Shown here: one piece after another, positions 51,880-64,000 of the stretch
How positions within the stretch are numbered: the first letter of the stretch is position 1
How the letters are laid out: each line of letters starts with the position of its first letter
Assembly: GCF_018977255.1 (NCBI RefSeq)
Contig: NW_024704743.1
Span: 70,248,001-70,312,000 of the forward strand
Origin: Callorhinchus milii
Taxonomy: Eukaryota
Direction: 5' to 3'
Length of the DNA: 64,000 nucleotides
Position numbers and translations under genes: made by a program
The notes under the pieces: model-generated
Told to the model about the DNA's origin: nothing
Database searches by the model: none
What the model saw: the letters and a program-made list of their open reading frames with translations, nothing else

Positions 51880-52116
51880 TGGGAGAAATTTCAACTGGGT
51901 CTAGATTAACACTATTCATATAACATTTTAGAGCATTTGGAATTTGGCAAATTCTTAAAAACAAGCATTAGTTTTACAGCCATTTTTCTTTCAGTTATTT
52001 TAAAAAATACAGAAAATGAGATTCAAAGTTTAGAATAAATTCAACTATGCCAAATTCTGGACAGTATAAAATGTTAGACTGAAAATGTATATTGAGACCC
52101 AGATAAATTTCTCCCC
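51880..52116. mobile_element. MITE-like element with terminal inverted repeats
   Basis: gggagaaatttcaactgggtct ... agacccagataaatttctcccc; related internal sequence at ~10965-11152, ~17680-17750 and ~31255-31350 (reverse). Confidence 0.65.
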
Positions 52117-53054
52117 AAAGGTTTAAAAATTACATCAAATGTAAGGATTATTATGAATTATTTTGAATTCAGATTTTTTTTGGAATCCACTCCCTGTTTT
52201 TGGTTTTCCATAGGGATCTTGAGAAAGTATTTTATATCTAACGAAAATGATTTCCATTGGAGGTTTCTCTGCAAACCATTGGGTGTGTCACAATGCACTG
52301 TCCTTCTGTTTCCATTTATTTGATCATGCAATGTGCCTTGGTAATAGAAGTACTTGTTTGTCTAATACAACGTACTGGTAATACTGCACCCAATATTCCT
52401 TTATTATTATAAAAAAGAATGAAGTCTGTAGAGCAGATTTTTATTTTTAGTTACTGAAATACTAACAAAATCCCATCAAGTTTTCCTAAAAGTGATTTCA
52501 CAACTAGCGTTAATACAAGCAAAGCAGCCAATGTTGACACACCTGTAATATGTGTATTAAGTGCCACTGAAGCGTCTAATGAGCTAATTGAGCATTATAA
52601 TATTTGAAAAGTCCATGATTACAGCTGTGGAGTCCAGAATTCAAAATGAAGATGCCAGCAATTTTTGAGCAGCTGATTTTTCAGATAGGCCCTTGGGGAC
52701 ACATAATGGAACTGCAGCATCCTGATTTTGGGAAGAGAGGTGTTAGGTCAGAGCTGTGTGACAGACAGAGTCAACAATGTCAGGCAATGCTGACTAGTTT
52801 GCTGAGGCCACTTTCTGCCACTTATCATTCAATGAGAGGGACTGTGTAATCTTGAGAGCTCTTATGCTTTAAGTGCTATGTTGTGCCAACAAAAGATATC
52901 TAGATATGTTGTCCATTATGTTTTATGGATGAAAGGCTAGGGCGTGAGATTATACATTGTGACCAGTTTGTATAAGAGACAGTATGAAATGGGCAGCAAC
53001 TGTCTGGCTCTCAGTGCAAACATTTCAGGGGATTTTACATATAAAACAGCTGCC

Positions 53055-53657
53055 TTCCTTCCCACATCCAGTCCCTGACCAGAACCATCTTCCTCTACCT
53101 CCACCACATTGCCTGCGTCTGACCGTACCTTACCCTAGAAGCAGACAAAACACTCGTCCATGCATCCATCACCTCCCTATTTGACTATTCAAATGCCCTC
53201 TTCGCTGGTTTCCCCAACTCCACCATCCATAAAATCCAGCTGATCCAAATCTCCTCTACCCATATACTCACTCGCACCAAACTCTGTACCCACATCACAC
53301 CAATTCTCACCAGGCTCCCCTGGCTCCCTATTGCCTAACAGATTGATTTCAAGATCCTCACACTCGTTTTCAAATCCCTTCATGCCTTGGCACCTCCCTA
53401 CCTCACAATTGGCTCTGGCATCTTGCACGTCCCTCATGTCCTCTGTTCCAGCATCGGTGGCTGCACTTTCAGCCACTGTACCCCAAAACTCTGGAACACT
53501 CTTCCTCTATCCCGTGCCTTGCCCCTTCCTTCCCCATCTTCAGATTGCGCGGTCAACTCCCCCTCCCCATGGCTCGGTGTCTTGCTCTGTCACTGTCAAG
53601 TGCTCTGGGACCTACCCTACGTGAGAGGTGCTATACAAATTCAAGTTGTTGTTGTAG
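53055..53657 (+). mobile_element. Old L2 3' fragment
   Basis: DYSNALFAGFP..IHKIQLIQ and GGCTFSHCTPKLWNTLP motifs; tail. Confidence 0.88.
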
Positions 53658-54329
53658 CATGATGAAAGGACAATGAAGTGGGACTACACTCGGCTAGGAA
53701 TTTCAGGGATTCAATGTGGACATGATAGGCCACATGGCTTCCATCTGTAAAACCTGGATTCTTGATATTTGCGAAATGAGATGTGTTAATTGTGACTTTT
53801 TTGACGTTTAATTTCATTTATGAATATCACAAATTGGAATTAATGTTCTCTGCCTTGAACGATTAAACGGTTAATCCCAAGTTTTGAGCTATGGTTAGAA
53901 ACTTGTTCGAAAATGCTAGCAATTCTGTCGGAAGCTATGCTTTAAGCACCTGCTATTGTTGGGATAGATGAATTGTCTTGACACATTGGCTTGGAGACAC
54001 AGAAGTGAAAGTAAACAGCTTTCAGGATCACACAGGTGAGAAATAGTGCTCTGGTTTAAATATCACTGGATTGATGTCATCCTATCCTGTTGGCATAGTT
54101 ACAGGAATGTTTAGATCGACATGTCAGTTCCAAAATTCAGAACAGTTGGTGACATTAAAGGATTATAACAGCTTCATCAGGTGATCAGTGGGAAGATGGA
54201 GAGCTGTTATCATTAAATATTCAAGTACTTCTAACTGAAACATTCAGCTGCATTGGGTTCAGTGACTGTTACTTATTGTTTTTGATTCAGATAAATTAAC
54301 ATAAATTGCGCAAAGCAAAAGAATACAAT

Positions 54330-54587
54330 GCAAGGATGAGGGTTGTATATGAAGAGCCTGTTTGTGTGCTCATTTCAGGTACAATGTTTCTTCTCGTGTT
54401 CACTGTTCACTGTGCACTGCTGTTGGAACTCAACAAGAATCTCCTTAGTGTGGGCTCCTCGAAAGCCTTGAATGGCACTATTTCACACCCTGCAGCTACA
54501 ACAATCTGAGTATCTTGTACTTGATTGTCTCAACCAACACACAACAAAAGATTCAGTGTAGGAGTCTAAACTACGATAAGCAACTCG
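54330..54587 (-). pseudogene. Exon remnant with RGS C-terminal-helix-like motif
   Basis: Acceptor ctgtcag. Reads ...QVQDTQIVVAAGCEIVPFKAFEEPTLRRFLLSS, resembling the canonical RGS end motif LMEKDSYPRFLKS. Contains in-frame stops; donor not identified. Confidence 0.4.
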
Positions 54588-55421
54588 CTGACAGTGGGTT
54601 AGAAAAACCCTCTTTTCTAATTTTTTCTCACTAAATTCAGAGTTGGTTATATGAAATTCATTCATATTAAATCAATATGTTTTGAGGCTGAATCTGACAT
54701 CAGCCAAAGCCAAGGCTGAATTACTGTTATGAATAGTTGTTATTAAAATGTTGCATTTATCTTTTAGCTGAAATAATTGTAGTTATTTTATTTTTATGGG
54801 TAAGAGTTTATCTTACAAAACTGATTCATAAGTAGAGGATATCACAGCCAGTGCAAATTCTGGAAGCATTTCCTAAGATGCCTCATACAGTATCCCCTGA
54901 TAGCTGTGCAATGACGACCTGTTTGCTTATAACCCACAATCTCAATCAGTCATCGATCTTAGAAATAAACAGCAGCCCCCCCACCCACCCATCCTGAAGA
55001 TTTTAACCTCTCCCATCAAGTCAGTCATTCTAAAATTGACTGAATGGAAGAGTGCTGAAGATGTGTAAAATAAGAGAAGATAAGATGCAGTGTATCCACT
55101 TTATAAATAACACAGGGTAGTCTAATTTGCAAAAGGAGTTGCAAATAGTAAATCCTGAATATGCCTCTCTGGAACTTTGCTCAGAAACAAATTTCAGTTT
55201 AACTGCTGAATTGCAACCTTGGTGCCGAGCAGGAGAATGGTGTCCAAGCAGAGGTTCAGGGTTTACTGTATGCAAATCCTTTTGCAAGCCTTATAAGCTA
55301 ACATTTTAGACCCTTAGGTAGTGATGTGTCATTTGTACTGAAAGAGCAGGGATTACTTGGATACAGTTTGTGTTGTGTAAGCAGTAGATTTAATGAGACG
55401 CTAAACCCGATACCCAATGTC

Positions 55422-55835
55422 AGGTTGGCTCTTGGTAGCATTTTCATCTCTGAGTCAAACAGTGTGGGTTCAAGCCCCATGACTAATAACGAAACCTTGG
55501 GCTCAGAGTCTAGGCTGAGCTCTAATACAGTGCTGGAGAAATTGCCAGAAGTGTCGTCCTTTGGATAAAAGGTTAAACTAAGGCCCTCTCTGTCAGTTCA
55601 AGTGACATTAAAGATCAATTGGCAATATTCGAAAAGAGAAGGGAGCTTCTTCCGGTGTCCCGGTAAGCAATCCCCAGATAAAATTGGTCATTCATGTCCG
55701 GTCTCTTTGTGGGACATTGTTGAGCGCAAACTGGCTACCATGTTCGCCTACAATAACACAATCACTACACTTTATAGCTTTCAGACATCCTTCTGATGTG
55801 AAAGTTCAATGCAATAATTAGGATTGTTGTTATTA
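55422..55835 (+). mobile_element. SacSINE1-like DeuSINE
   Basis: ggtagcattttcatctctgagtc..gggttcaagccc head, Deu core. Confidence 0.8.
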
Positions 55836-56084
55836 ATCATCTCATGATTTGGTCCTCTCCTAGCTTCAGTAACTCTTTCTCCATCTGTACAATGTACCTA
55901 ACTTCCTTTGTGAGCCTTCTGTGCAGTTAATCCTGCCTAAAGCATTTGCTCAACCACAATGTAGCCTGCGGCGTGTGTTGCAGCATTAAACCGTTGACCT
56001 GCTAACTGAATCACAGCACAGCTGCACACCTCAGCCACATACTTCCATTCAGATGATGGCATATACTGGGACTACAACACAGTG

Positions 56085-56398
56085 CACAGATCCTCACCCT
56101 TGTATTCAAGTCTCTCCCCTCCTCTGCACACCCCTACCTCTCTGACCTCCTCTCTCCTCAAAACAGTGCCCGTTGCCTTTGTTCTTCTGGGTCTGGCTTG
56201 CTCCTTGTCCCCCAAGTCCTCTGCTCCACCCTCGGCGGCCGTGCCTTCAGCCACTATGCCCCGAGGCTATGGAATTCCCTTCCTCACTCTCTTCGTCTCG
56301 CCCCCTCTCTTCCTATTTTCAGGTCTCTGCTGAAGACCTTTCTTTTCGACCGCGCCTTTGGTCACCTTCCTCCCCCTCCCCCTGGCTCGACCCCGGGA
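56085..56398 (+). mobile_element. L2 fragment
   Basis: [29 protein letters not shown]. Confidence 0.88.
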
Positions 56399-56817
56399 TC
56401 AATAAACTGAAATACTGAGCATCTTAATCTAAGATGAATTGACATGGTAGAGCTGGAGCATTTATGAGTTGCTGCCAACTGCTTAAAACATTGTTTTCAT
56501 ATTACTCTACAGCAAGAGAAAATAGGAAGTGCAGGAGGACCTAAAAGGTTATAGGCATGTGGAACAAACTACCGGCACAGGTGGTGGAACAAGGAGCCAT
56601 GGAGTTGAAAAAGCGATGTTTCTAAACAGATTCAATGTGACAATTAACATGGTACAGGTTGCAATTTTGACCCAAAGATGCTTTGCATATAGTTTTACAG
56701 AAAACTGATCTTATCAACAATTTAGTAAAAGAATATCCATGACCTTAATGAAACCACGGAAAATAACAATAAAAGCACTCGTAACATTGAGGCGTAAAGT
56801 GGCGTTACATCAGGTGT

Positions 56818-57135
56818 GTGAGCCAGGTGTCAGTCTTGCCTCTGAGTCACAAGGTTGTTGTCTCACGTCCGGCCTATTTAGGTGGACGTTAAAGTTCCCA
56901 TGCCACTACGTATTTTTAAAAAAAAGAGAAGGGAGCTTCTCCCGGTGTTCTGGCCAACAATTTCTCAGATAAAATTAATCATTCACTTCATGGTTGTTTA
57001 TGGGATATTTGCTGTGCACAAATTGGCTGCTGCATTCAGGTAAAAAATACATAGTCACTTCACTTCACAATTAATCATTTGTGATATCCTCCTGACATGA
57101 AAGGCTTCACATTAAATACAAGGATTAGTATCATT
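56818..57135 (+). mobile_element. Internally deleted SacSINE1-like DeuSINE
   Basis: cttgcctctgagtcacaaggttg head joined to aggtggacgttaaag Deu core. Confidence 0.7.
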
Positions 57136-57756
57136 AGGATTTGCCTGGGATTTATATTGAATCCTGCTGGTGGAAGAATGTGTACCTGTTGCAATGTGAT
57201 CTCCTTATGGGCATGTTAGAGTGGGAGCAGCATTCTTACAGCTCGGCATGATTTACATCCAGCAAGATTTAATATTCATTGGTCATTTACTTCCTGACTG
57301 TTTGTGGAAAATTGCTGTGTGCAATATGGCCGCCATGTTTCTCCACAAAAATACAATCAGTTCAATTTACAGCATTTCCTGTGAAGTGCTTTTGAGACAT
57401 CCTCCCAACATGAAAGATGCTATATTATTATTTATTATTATTATGATTTATGAATCCTGTTATGTCTTCCACATTTCAGACCCTAATGTAAAACATGTCT
57501 GGCCTAATTTTACCCACAAAGTATGCTGCATTGACATGAATCACTGTTTTGTATCACAGCAAGGGGCCAGCAGAATGAACCAGGTGGTTCTCTAATTTGG
57601 TTTTGGGATGATATCCCATTTTTCTTTAAGGGCAACCTCTTTACTTCTCTTCCTGAAACGTCCTAATGTAAAAGCGGATACAGACAGTAGACCATGCCAA
57701 GTGCCACTTGCCTCATTTGCACTGAATTTACATGAGGCACCAGTGCTGCAGCACAC

Positions 57757-58226
57757 CTGCCCGCATAATAAAAGAGTGTCCTGGCCTCAGGCAATGATTG
57801 GAATCCACTTTGTGACAGATGAGGCTATTTCAAATAAAAAAGACAACGTGCTCAATTTTGTTTTTGAATTGTTCCTCTTTCTCTTATGCAGTTCCCCAGC
57901 TGAAAGGGCAGGTCTATGATCTGCTCCCAGGTAACGCCAACACAGTTGAAAGATGCCTTAAAACCTTTCTGTCATTCTCCCTCTTTGCCTGTGGGGGCAG
58001 CACTGACCTTTCCTTGATTTCTTCCTCTTCTTCGACAGAAACAAGATCAGAAAGTCGCCAAGTCTCAAGTCACAGCTATAAACGCACGTCCTGCCCTTTC
58101 CTGCTCAGTGTTGCATCCGCTGCAGGGAACTGTTCCAGAGAACAGTTTCCAGAACGTTCAAATGAATCCAGAAGGCAGCCCAGAGTGAAAGTAAAAGGCT
58201 CTTCCAGTTTTTTTTAGTGCAAATTG
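57757..58226 (-). pseudogene. Exon remnant (boundaries uncertain)
   Basis: Reads KLEEPFTFTLGCLLDSFERSGNCSLEQF...DVRL*L*LETWRLSDLVSVEEEEEIKERSV...RKVLRHLSTVLALPGSRS*. The plus-strand ORF 57819-58217 is its antisense shadow. Confidence 0.5.
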
Positions 58227-58753
58227 CTATGATCGCTTTGCGATGTTTTGATGTTATAAAGCATTACAACCTTTTTAAAATTTTATTCAATGATTGTTTT
58301 TTTTTGTTACATTGCATATATACGGTGAAATCCAGTTACTATAATTCCGAATCTTAACAGTCTTATTGGTCTGGCTCATCCATCACTGAAAACCACTTAG
58401 AAATTACCTCTACAGAGTGATTAAAACTGTAATAATAATATAATAATAATAATCCTTACATTTGATATAGCACCTTTCATGCCAGGAAAACATCCCAAAG
58501 CAATTCCCAGGATACATTGTAAATTGTAAACCGTGCGTTTTTGTAGGTGAACAATGCAGACAATGTGTATGCAGCAATGTCTCACAACCATGAAGTGAAT
58601 GACCAATGTTATTTGGGGGGATTATTGCTCAGGGAACCAGAAACTCCCTTCCCTGTTCAGATTGCTAGTGGATGAATCAGAATCTGCAAGTATCACAAAT
58701 AAGATGGTATTCAGCTATTCCCATTCACAACAAGAAAGATACTTGTTACTCAC

Positions 58754-59009
58754 TGGACTGACCAAGTGTCACTTCAGGTGATAGGGTTCATGCAGCCACA
58801 GGCTACTGAACTGATCCTTGGCACCCTTCTGATGAAACACCCAATCAGCAGCCCTAGATGTGTTTATTTCTCTGATAGTTGCTAAATTTAGATTGTGAAA
58901 TGACTTCTTCATGTCAAGAATCCAAAAAGCATTCTGTTATCTTCTTGTCCGATCAATCTCATTTTCCCATTTACTACTTCATCAAACAGAAAGAAACGCG
59001 GGCTTCTCC
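58754..59009 (-). pseudogene. Exon remnant
   Basis: Acceptor ttttctccctgtgtgacag, donor gtgagt. Reads EKPAFLSV**SSKWENEIDRTRR*QNAFWILDMKKSFHNLNLATIREINTSRAADWVFHQKGAKDQFSSLWLHEPYHLK*HL. Confidence 0.6.
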
Positions 59010-60623
59010 CTGTCACACAGGGAGAAAATTCACAGAGAAACTTTCAGAAAGTGGAGAAGAATAGTAACAAACAAAGCAGCTGATGCTAGACAGTACTGAT
59101 GCAATATCTTTCAGCGCTTTAAGAAATTGGGCGGGTGAGCTGAAAATGATCAGCAACTGCTGAAGAATTGGTGATCATTTCTCAGAAATCAGCACCCACG
59201 AATATCTCCCCAGGTGAATTCTTATTTTGTCAGGTAGTCCCTCTTCGCAGCTATTGAGCTCTGTGGAGCAGAACGCTGGCACTGCTCTAAGCTCTAATCT
59301 TCCTCATTTGTGTGTTTGCTATTTTGCACTGTGCTGTGCGTCAGAGATAATAATATGATTTGAGTCAGGCAGGCTCAGTACTGATAATAAAATGATATTA
59401 GCACTGGATAATGGCACAGTAATAATCTGATTTGAGCTAAGGCCCTTGTCAGCTGTCTGTCCTCCCCCAGTCTCACTATACCCATCTGAAACTGGAACAG
59501 GAGTGCATTTAATATCAAAGAAAGCCTTGCATATCAGAAAGTTTTTATAATGTAACTCTCTCATTTTAAATGCTATGCTGAATGTTATGCTAGATGCAGA
59601 GAATTATTTGCAAAATATTTTTATGACAATTACTGTTAAGCTACAAAATATAACAGGTGCGGGCTCACCCACTCTGCACATATCAAATATAATCTTTGGC
59701 AGGCATTAGAAGGCAGTTGCACTTGACAAGTCAGCACATAGCAACAGCACAAGATACCAAAAACCAAGATAAAGTCCCTAACTCTGTTAGAGACCCACTT
59801 CAGAGAGTGTGGTGCATCATGAGTGCAACTCAAATGCAACAGAGTTTGCTGACTGTCTGTTTGTCAGCTGGTGGTGGTGGGGTGGGGGGGGGGAAGAAAT
59901 GGCATGACACTTGCAAAGAACAACATGCATGATCTTTCACAATTAACAAGCAAAAAGAATAGCTGCACAAGACAAGGAACTGTAAACATCATTGAATAAC
60001 AGCAATTACAACGGTTTTCCTATTTTCTTGCCAACACCTGCGCTAGAAAGACAATAAAGCAAGCAAAATGCGCTTTGTTTTAATTGAACTGCAACCCATT
60101 GTGAAATCCCTCAGAATGCTGAAACAACCTGAATAAATAATCACCAAACATGATATTTGCATTATTTATTCCTTCTCACAGACTCTAAGACAAGCAAAGC
60201 AGATGGATTTCCTTAAACCGAGCATCCCTTTAGATGGGCTGGATTTAACAATGTATAAAGGATGGGACTGGGTCACACAATGGGTTTGGGCAATGCCTAT
60301 TCAGTTCAGGGACCTGGGTTTGTCACCAAGCCAAACTGAAGAGCTGAACGTGAAGCGAGTTTAGACAGTGTGGACCCTACCTTTACAATATATTCTGTGA
60401 AGCTCTTTAAGACGTCTCTACAATGTGATAAGGTGCAATATCAAATGGAATGATTATTATTATTATTAATGAGCATTAGGGTAATCTGATACTGAATTAA
60501 TAATATGACTCATAGCGGTCACAGCACGCAACTGTGAGTATGGGGTTAAGGCACATTCGACCCAAAATTCTGTTTTCTACTCTATTAAGAAAATATTTTG
60601 AAAGTAACAGAATTTAAGGGAAG

Positions 60624-60800
60624 GGAGTCCTGTCACTCAGTGGTTAGAGCACTCGCCCCGCAAATGTGGGTTTGATTCCCGGCAGGGCGAAATATTGGGC
60701 AAGTTTCCTTACTCCACACGCCTCTGTTTACCCAGCAGTAAGTAGGAACCTGGTTGTTAGTCGATTGGCGGATTTTTTCGGGGCTAATAATTCCTTAAAA
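60624..60800 (+). mobile_element. Ala-SINE long-variant 5' half
   Basis: Head and extra segment; Deu core absent. Confidence 0.85.
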
Positions 60801-60979
60801 AAAATGAAATAATATATATTTTTACACAAATAAAAATAATAATCCTTGCATTTGATATAGAAACCATTCACAAAATGAATAAAATAAATACACATTCCCT
60901 AACAGTGCCCCTACTATCATTGTGCTTCCTCTTCCTACACACCAAGTAAACATTACTTTGTGGCAAGTTTAAACTCCCT

Positions 60980-61520
60980 ACAGAGGAGTCTTGTGAGGGG
61001 GTGGAGTGGTTGTCTCTGCTGGATCTATTACCTGCCCAGGATGGTTGATAAGCAAAGGAGTGATGGTCATGATACACCCTCCACTGCAAACACGTAAGAG
61101 GGTGGACAAGAGCAGGAGCCTGATGACGCACATTGCCACATGGCCTCGTCTATAAAACATTCTCAACAGATTAGCTTGGAAATTGGACGCATTCCGGCTA
61201 TGTCTAGTGACCCTGTATATGCCATACCATTAACCTCAGGCAGCTGTTCAGGTGGTACTTCTAAGTGACTGCTAAGTGGGACGGTTTACCAGGTCCTCCA
61301 GGTCAGGGCTAGATGGCATCTGCCATACCATTAGTTTGTTTGGCGGGAGTCGGTGTTTGACACTTCCAATGGGTGTTACGAAAAATCATACAACCGTTGG
61401 GTTGCTTAAAATTATTTGCTTGCTCCTGCTTGACCAACTGCTCCACAGGGAGGAACCTCAGCAGTTGTGAGCTTTCCATTGCCTTTCCAACTTCAAGCTT
61501 CCCCATTGCCAAATTAAATA
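60980..61520 (-). mobile_element. Possible very degenerate non-LTR element 3' end (Ingi/Vingi-like)
   Basis: GC-richer block; reverse RPCGNVRHQ..LVHPLTC resembles a decayed CCHC knuckle. Weak support. Confidence 0.25.
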
Positions 61521-62629
61521 TAGGCTTCCTTTCATCTACAAAATACACAGTCACTTCACAGTAAAATGAAACACTTTGAGACTTTCTCTTGACACGAGAG
61601 GCGCTATATCATCTGCAAAGATTATTAATCTAGATAAATACAATTAAATTTTACTCTTAAATTTAAATTGACACCAGGGTACAATCTGTGGGTGGAAGTG
61701 CCTTTATTTTTTATAATTAACCAATGAAAAAGATTCTGGAATCATCAGAATCAATATCAATAGTTGTTCACCTACAAAACACACAGCCGCTACTCTTTAC
61801 AGTAAATCCTGTGAAGTGCTTTGAGATGTGAAATGGAAGGATTTTTATTAAGGGCACCTGTGTGAGTTTTCTAAATAATACTGGAAATTTCCAGGATTTA
61901 TTCCAACTCTCAAATTATTTCATTTTTAAAAAAATCTGTGCTGCAGAACAACAATAAAGAAATGTCCATGACAGTGATTTGTCAGCAGGCAAAGTTATCT
62001 CAAGCTCTGCCTTTCCCTTTCTTCTCCAACATAATGGAAATGAACTTGGAAAGTCAACCTGTGGGGAATTTCGACATTGAATATTTATTTTTCCAGAATA
62101 TTATATAAAATGGTTCAGGTTATTAAAATTTGACTCAGAGGAGCAGCTGCAGTGTCAGGTGTTGGGTTTATGGTCTGTGTTTTCTAGATCACCAGCCTTT
62201 TTTTCAGTCAGCTGGTGTGCATATAACTACTGCTCAATGCAGCCTCAGTTTAGATAAGTGGAAGGAAGACACTCAATCAAATAAGCCATAGTGAGAATTG
62301 TTTCCTTATGAAAAGTCCAATTATATTTTTAAACTAGTCTAACAAATACCATTATATGAACTCAACAACAACAACTTGCATTTTAACAGTGCCCTTCATG
62401 CAGCATGCTGTCTCGGAACTCAGTCTGAACTGAATTGGCAAAAATGCAAATTGCTAATTGACAGTTTGTGTGGCTGGTTCATTAAAAATTGTCCTGTTGA
62501 AATGGTAACAAAAAGTGGGTATTTTGATAATGAAACATTGTGCTGCAAATAGATTGTACACACATTACAGCATCTCAGAAAGATGATAAAAGGTGCTCTA
62601 ATTCTTTAATGACTGATTTAACTTACTGA

Positions 62630-62925
62630 ATTTTATTTGGTTAGCTGGGAGTCTGACACATTTTGGAAACTCATTTTCAATGCTTAAGCGTATCCAGACT
62701 GGATTGAAAGTTCCACATATGTATGCCACTTACACATGGAAACTTTCTTGTGTTGGTAGTGGAATGGGAACTCTCTTCCTGGAGGGATGGAGCATTCTTA
62801 ATTAATTCCAGAAAGTATTAGGCACAGGTTGGCAAGAGTCAAGGCTTGGGGATCCCTTGGTGTGTTTTGGGTACTGCTAGAGTTTAACCAGCAAAACTGC
62901 ACAGCTTGCCATTGAGCAAGTCAAA
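62630..62925 (-). mobile_element. 3'UTR fragment of the unidentified LINE family, flanked by ~60-bp direct repeats
   Basis: Reverse match to 17320-17590. Confidence 0.7.
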
Positions 62926-62994
62926 CCGTACAACATCTCAGAAAGATGATAAAGGGTGCTGTAATTCCTCAAGGACTGATTTAACCTAATAAAC

Positions 62995-63297
62995 ATAATA
63001 ATCCTTACATTTGATATAGCGCTTTTCACATCTTCTCGGTGTCTCAAAGTGCCTCACTGAATAGCCTGTAAAGTAAATTGACTATGTATTTGTGGGCAAA
63101 ATGCAGCAGCCAATTGCGCACAGCAGTGTCTCACAAACAGTCATGGATTGAAATGACCAATTTATTATTTTTTTAAGGGATTATTATCAGGCGTGTGGAG
63201 TAAGGAAACTTGCCCAAGGTTTCACCCTGCCGGGAATTGAACCCAGGTCTCTCACTTCCAAAAAGCAAGTGCTCTAACTACTGAGCTATAGGACTCC
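62995..63297 (-). mobile_element. Full-length Ala-SINE (short variant)
   Basis: Same structure as 5897-6218. Confidence 0.92.
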
Positions 63298-64000
63298 ACA
63301 ACATTACTTAACTGAATAATGACTCACCAGGCAGACAAGAACAATGGCTGCCTGATAATTAGGGCAATTAAAGCGTTTGAGCAACAACATTCCACCTCTT
63401 TCACTGTAAGAAAATCTAGTTTACAGAGATAAAGATGCACAAAGCAGTTGGTATGTGTGATAATATGTTATTGTGACCCACAAAAGATAGATCCCTTTTT
63501 GGACCATTTTTCTCACATGGACAGTGTGCGGGTTGACTAGCGTATGGAAGGTTCACTGGTCAGATTTTAAAAAATACCGGATACTAGACTCTTGCTGACT
63601 AGTGGAACAATATCAGTGCAGCTTACTTGAGCTTTACATCAGCCAGTAATCTGCAGGGCTGAGTTACTGGGTAGTCTGTTGCATAACTCAGTCACTAATT
63701 CAATGCTCGTGAGATCATGCATCAAATGTGGATAGTGAGTTGTTTTGGAGGGAGAAAAGACTCATAATAAACAAAATAATAATCCTTACATTTAATATAG
63801 TGCCCCTCACATCAAGAGTACATTTCAAAGCATTTCACAGGATATACTGTAAAGTGCAGTGACTGTATTTTGTAAGTGAACTTGACAGCCAAATTGCAAA
63901 TCGGCTGTCAAGTTCACATACAAACTACAGTCCCAGCAATGTCCCACAAACAACCATGAAGTGAATGATCAACATTCATTTGTAAACAAGACCTCGGTTA

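Noticed and set aside
55030..55300. Additional fossil exon
   Set aside because: Protein-like in places, but no convincing splice sites or family motif.
57892..57930. 39-bp plus-strand micro-exon (PQLKGQVYDLLP)
   Set aside because: No partner exons found, and it lies within a minus-strand exon remnant.

Overview
This is AT-rich, repeat-dense vertebrate DNA. The repeat content (CR1, L2 and Tx1 LINE fragments, a young tRNA-Ala-headed SINE, SacSINE1/DeuSINE-like and LF-SINE-like elements) points to a cartilaginous fish, probably a chimaera such as Callorhinchus; that assignment is inference. No intact protein-coding gene, RNA gene or CRISPR array is supported, and most listed ORFs are TE fragments or noise. 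The main hidden structure is a decayed multi-exon gene on the minus strand, running from about 59,000 down to about 840. About 20 exon remnants, many with AG/GT boundaries, translate into protein-like sequence broken by stops (mostly TGA), frameshifts and TE insertions. Their motifs, as I recall the proteins, follow the multi-RGS-domain RGSL1/RGS22 family, and the 3' exons are colinear with the RGSL1 C-terminal half. Other notable structures are an inverted templated insertion inside a Tx1 LINE, a retro-fragment with a ~60-bp target-site duplication, an L2 inserted into its partner SINE's tail, several ancient hairpin/MITE-like palindromes and a perfect ~82-unit (TAGA)n array. All homology calls are from memory and by eye, and many coordinates are approximate.
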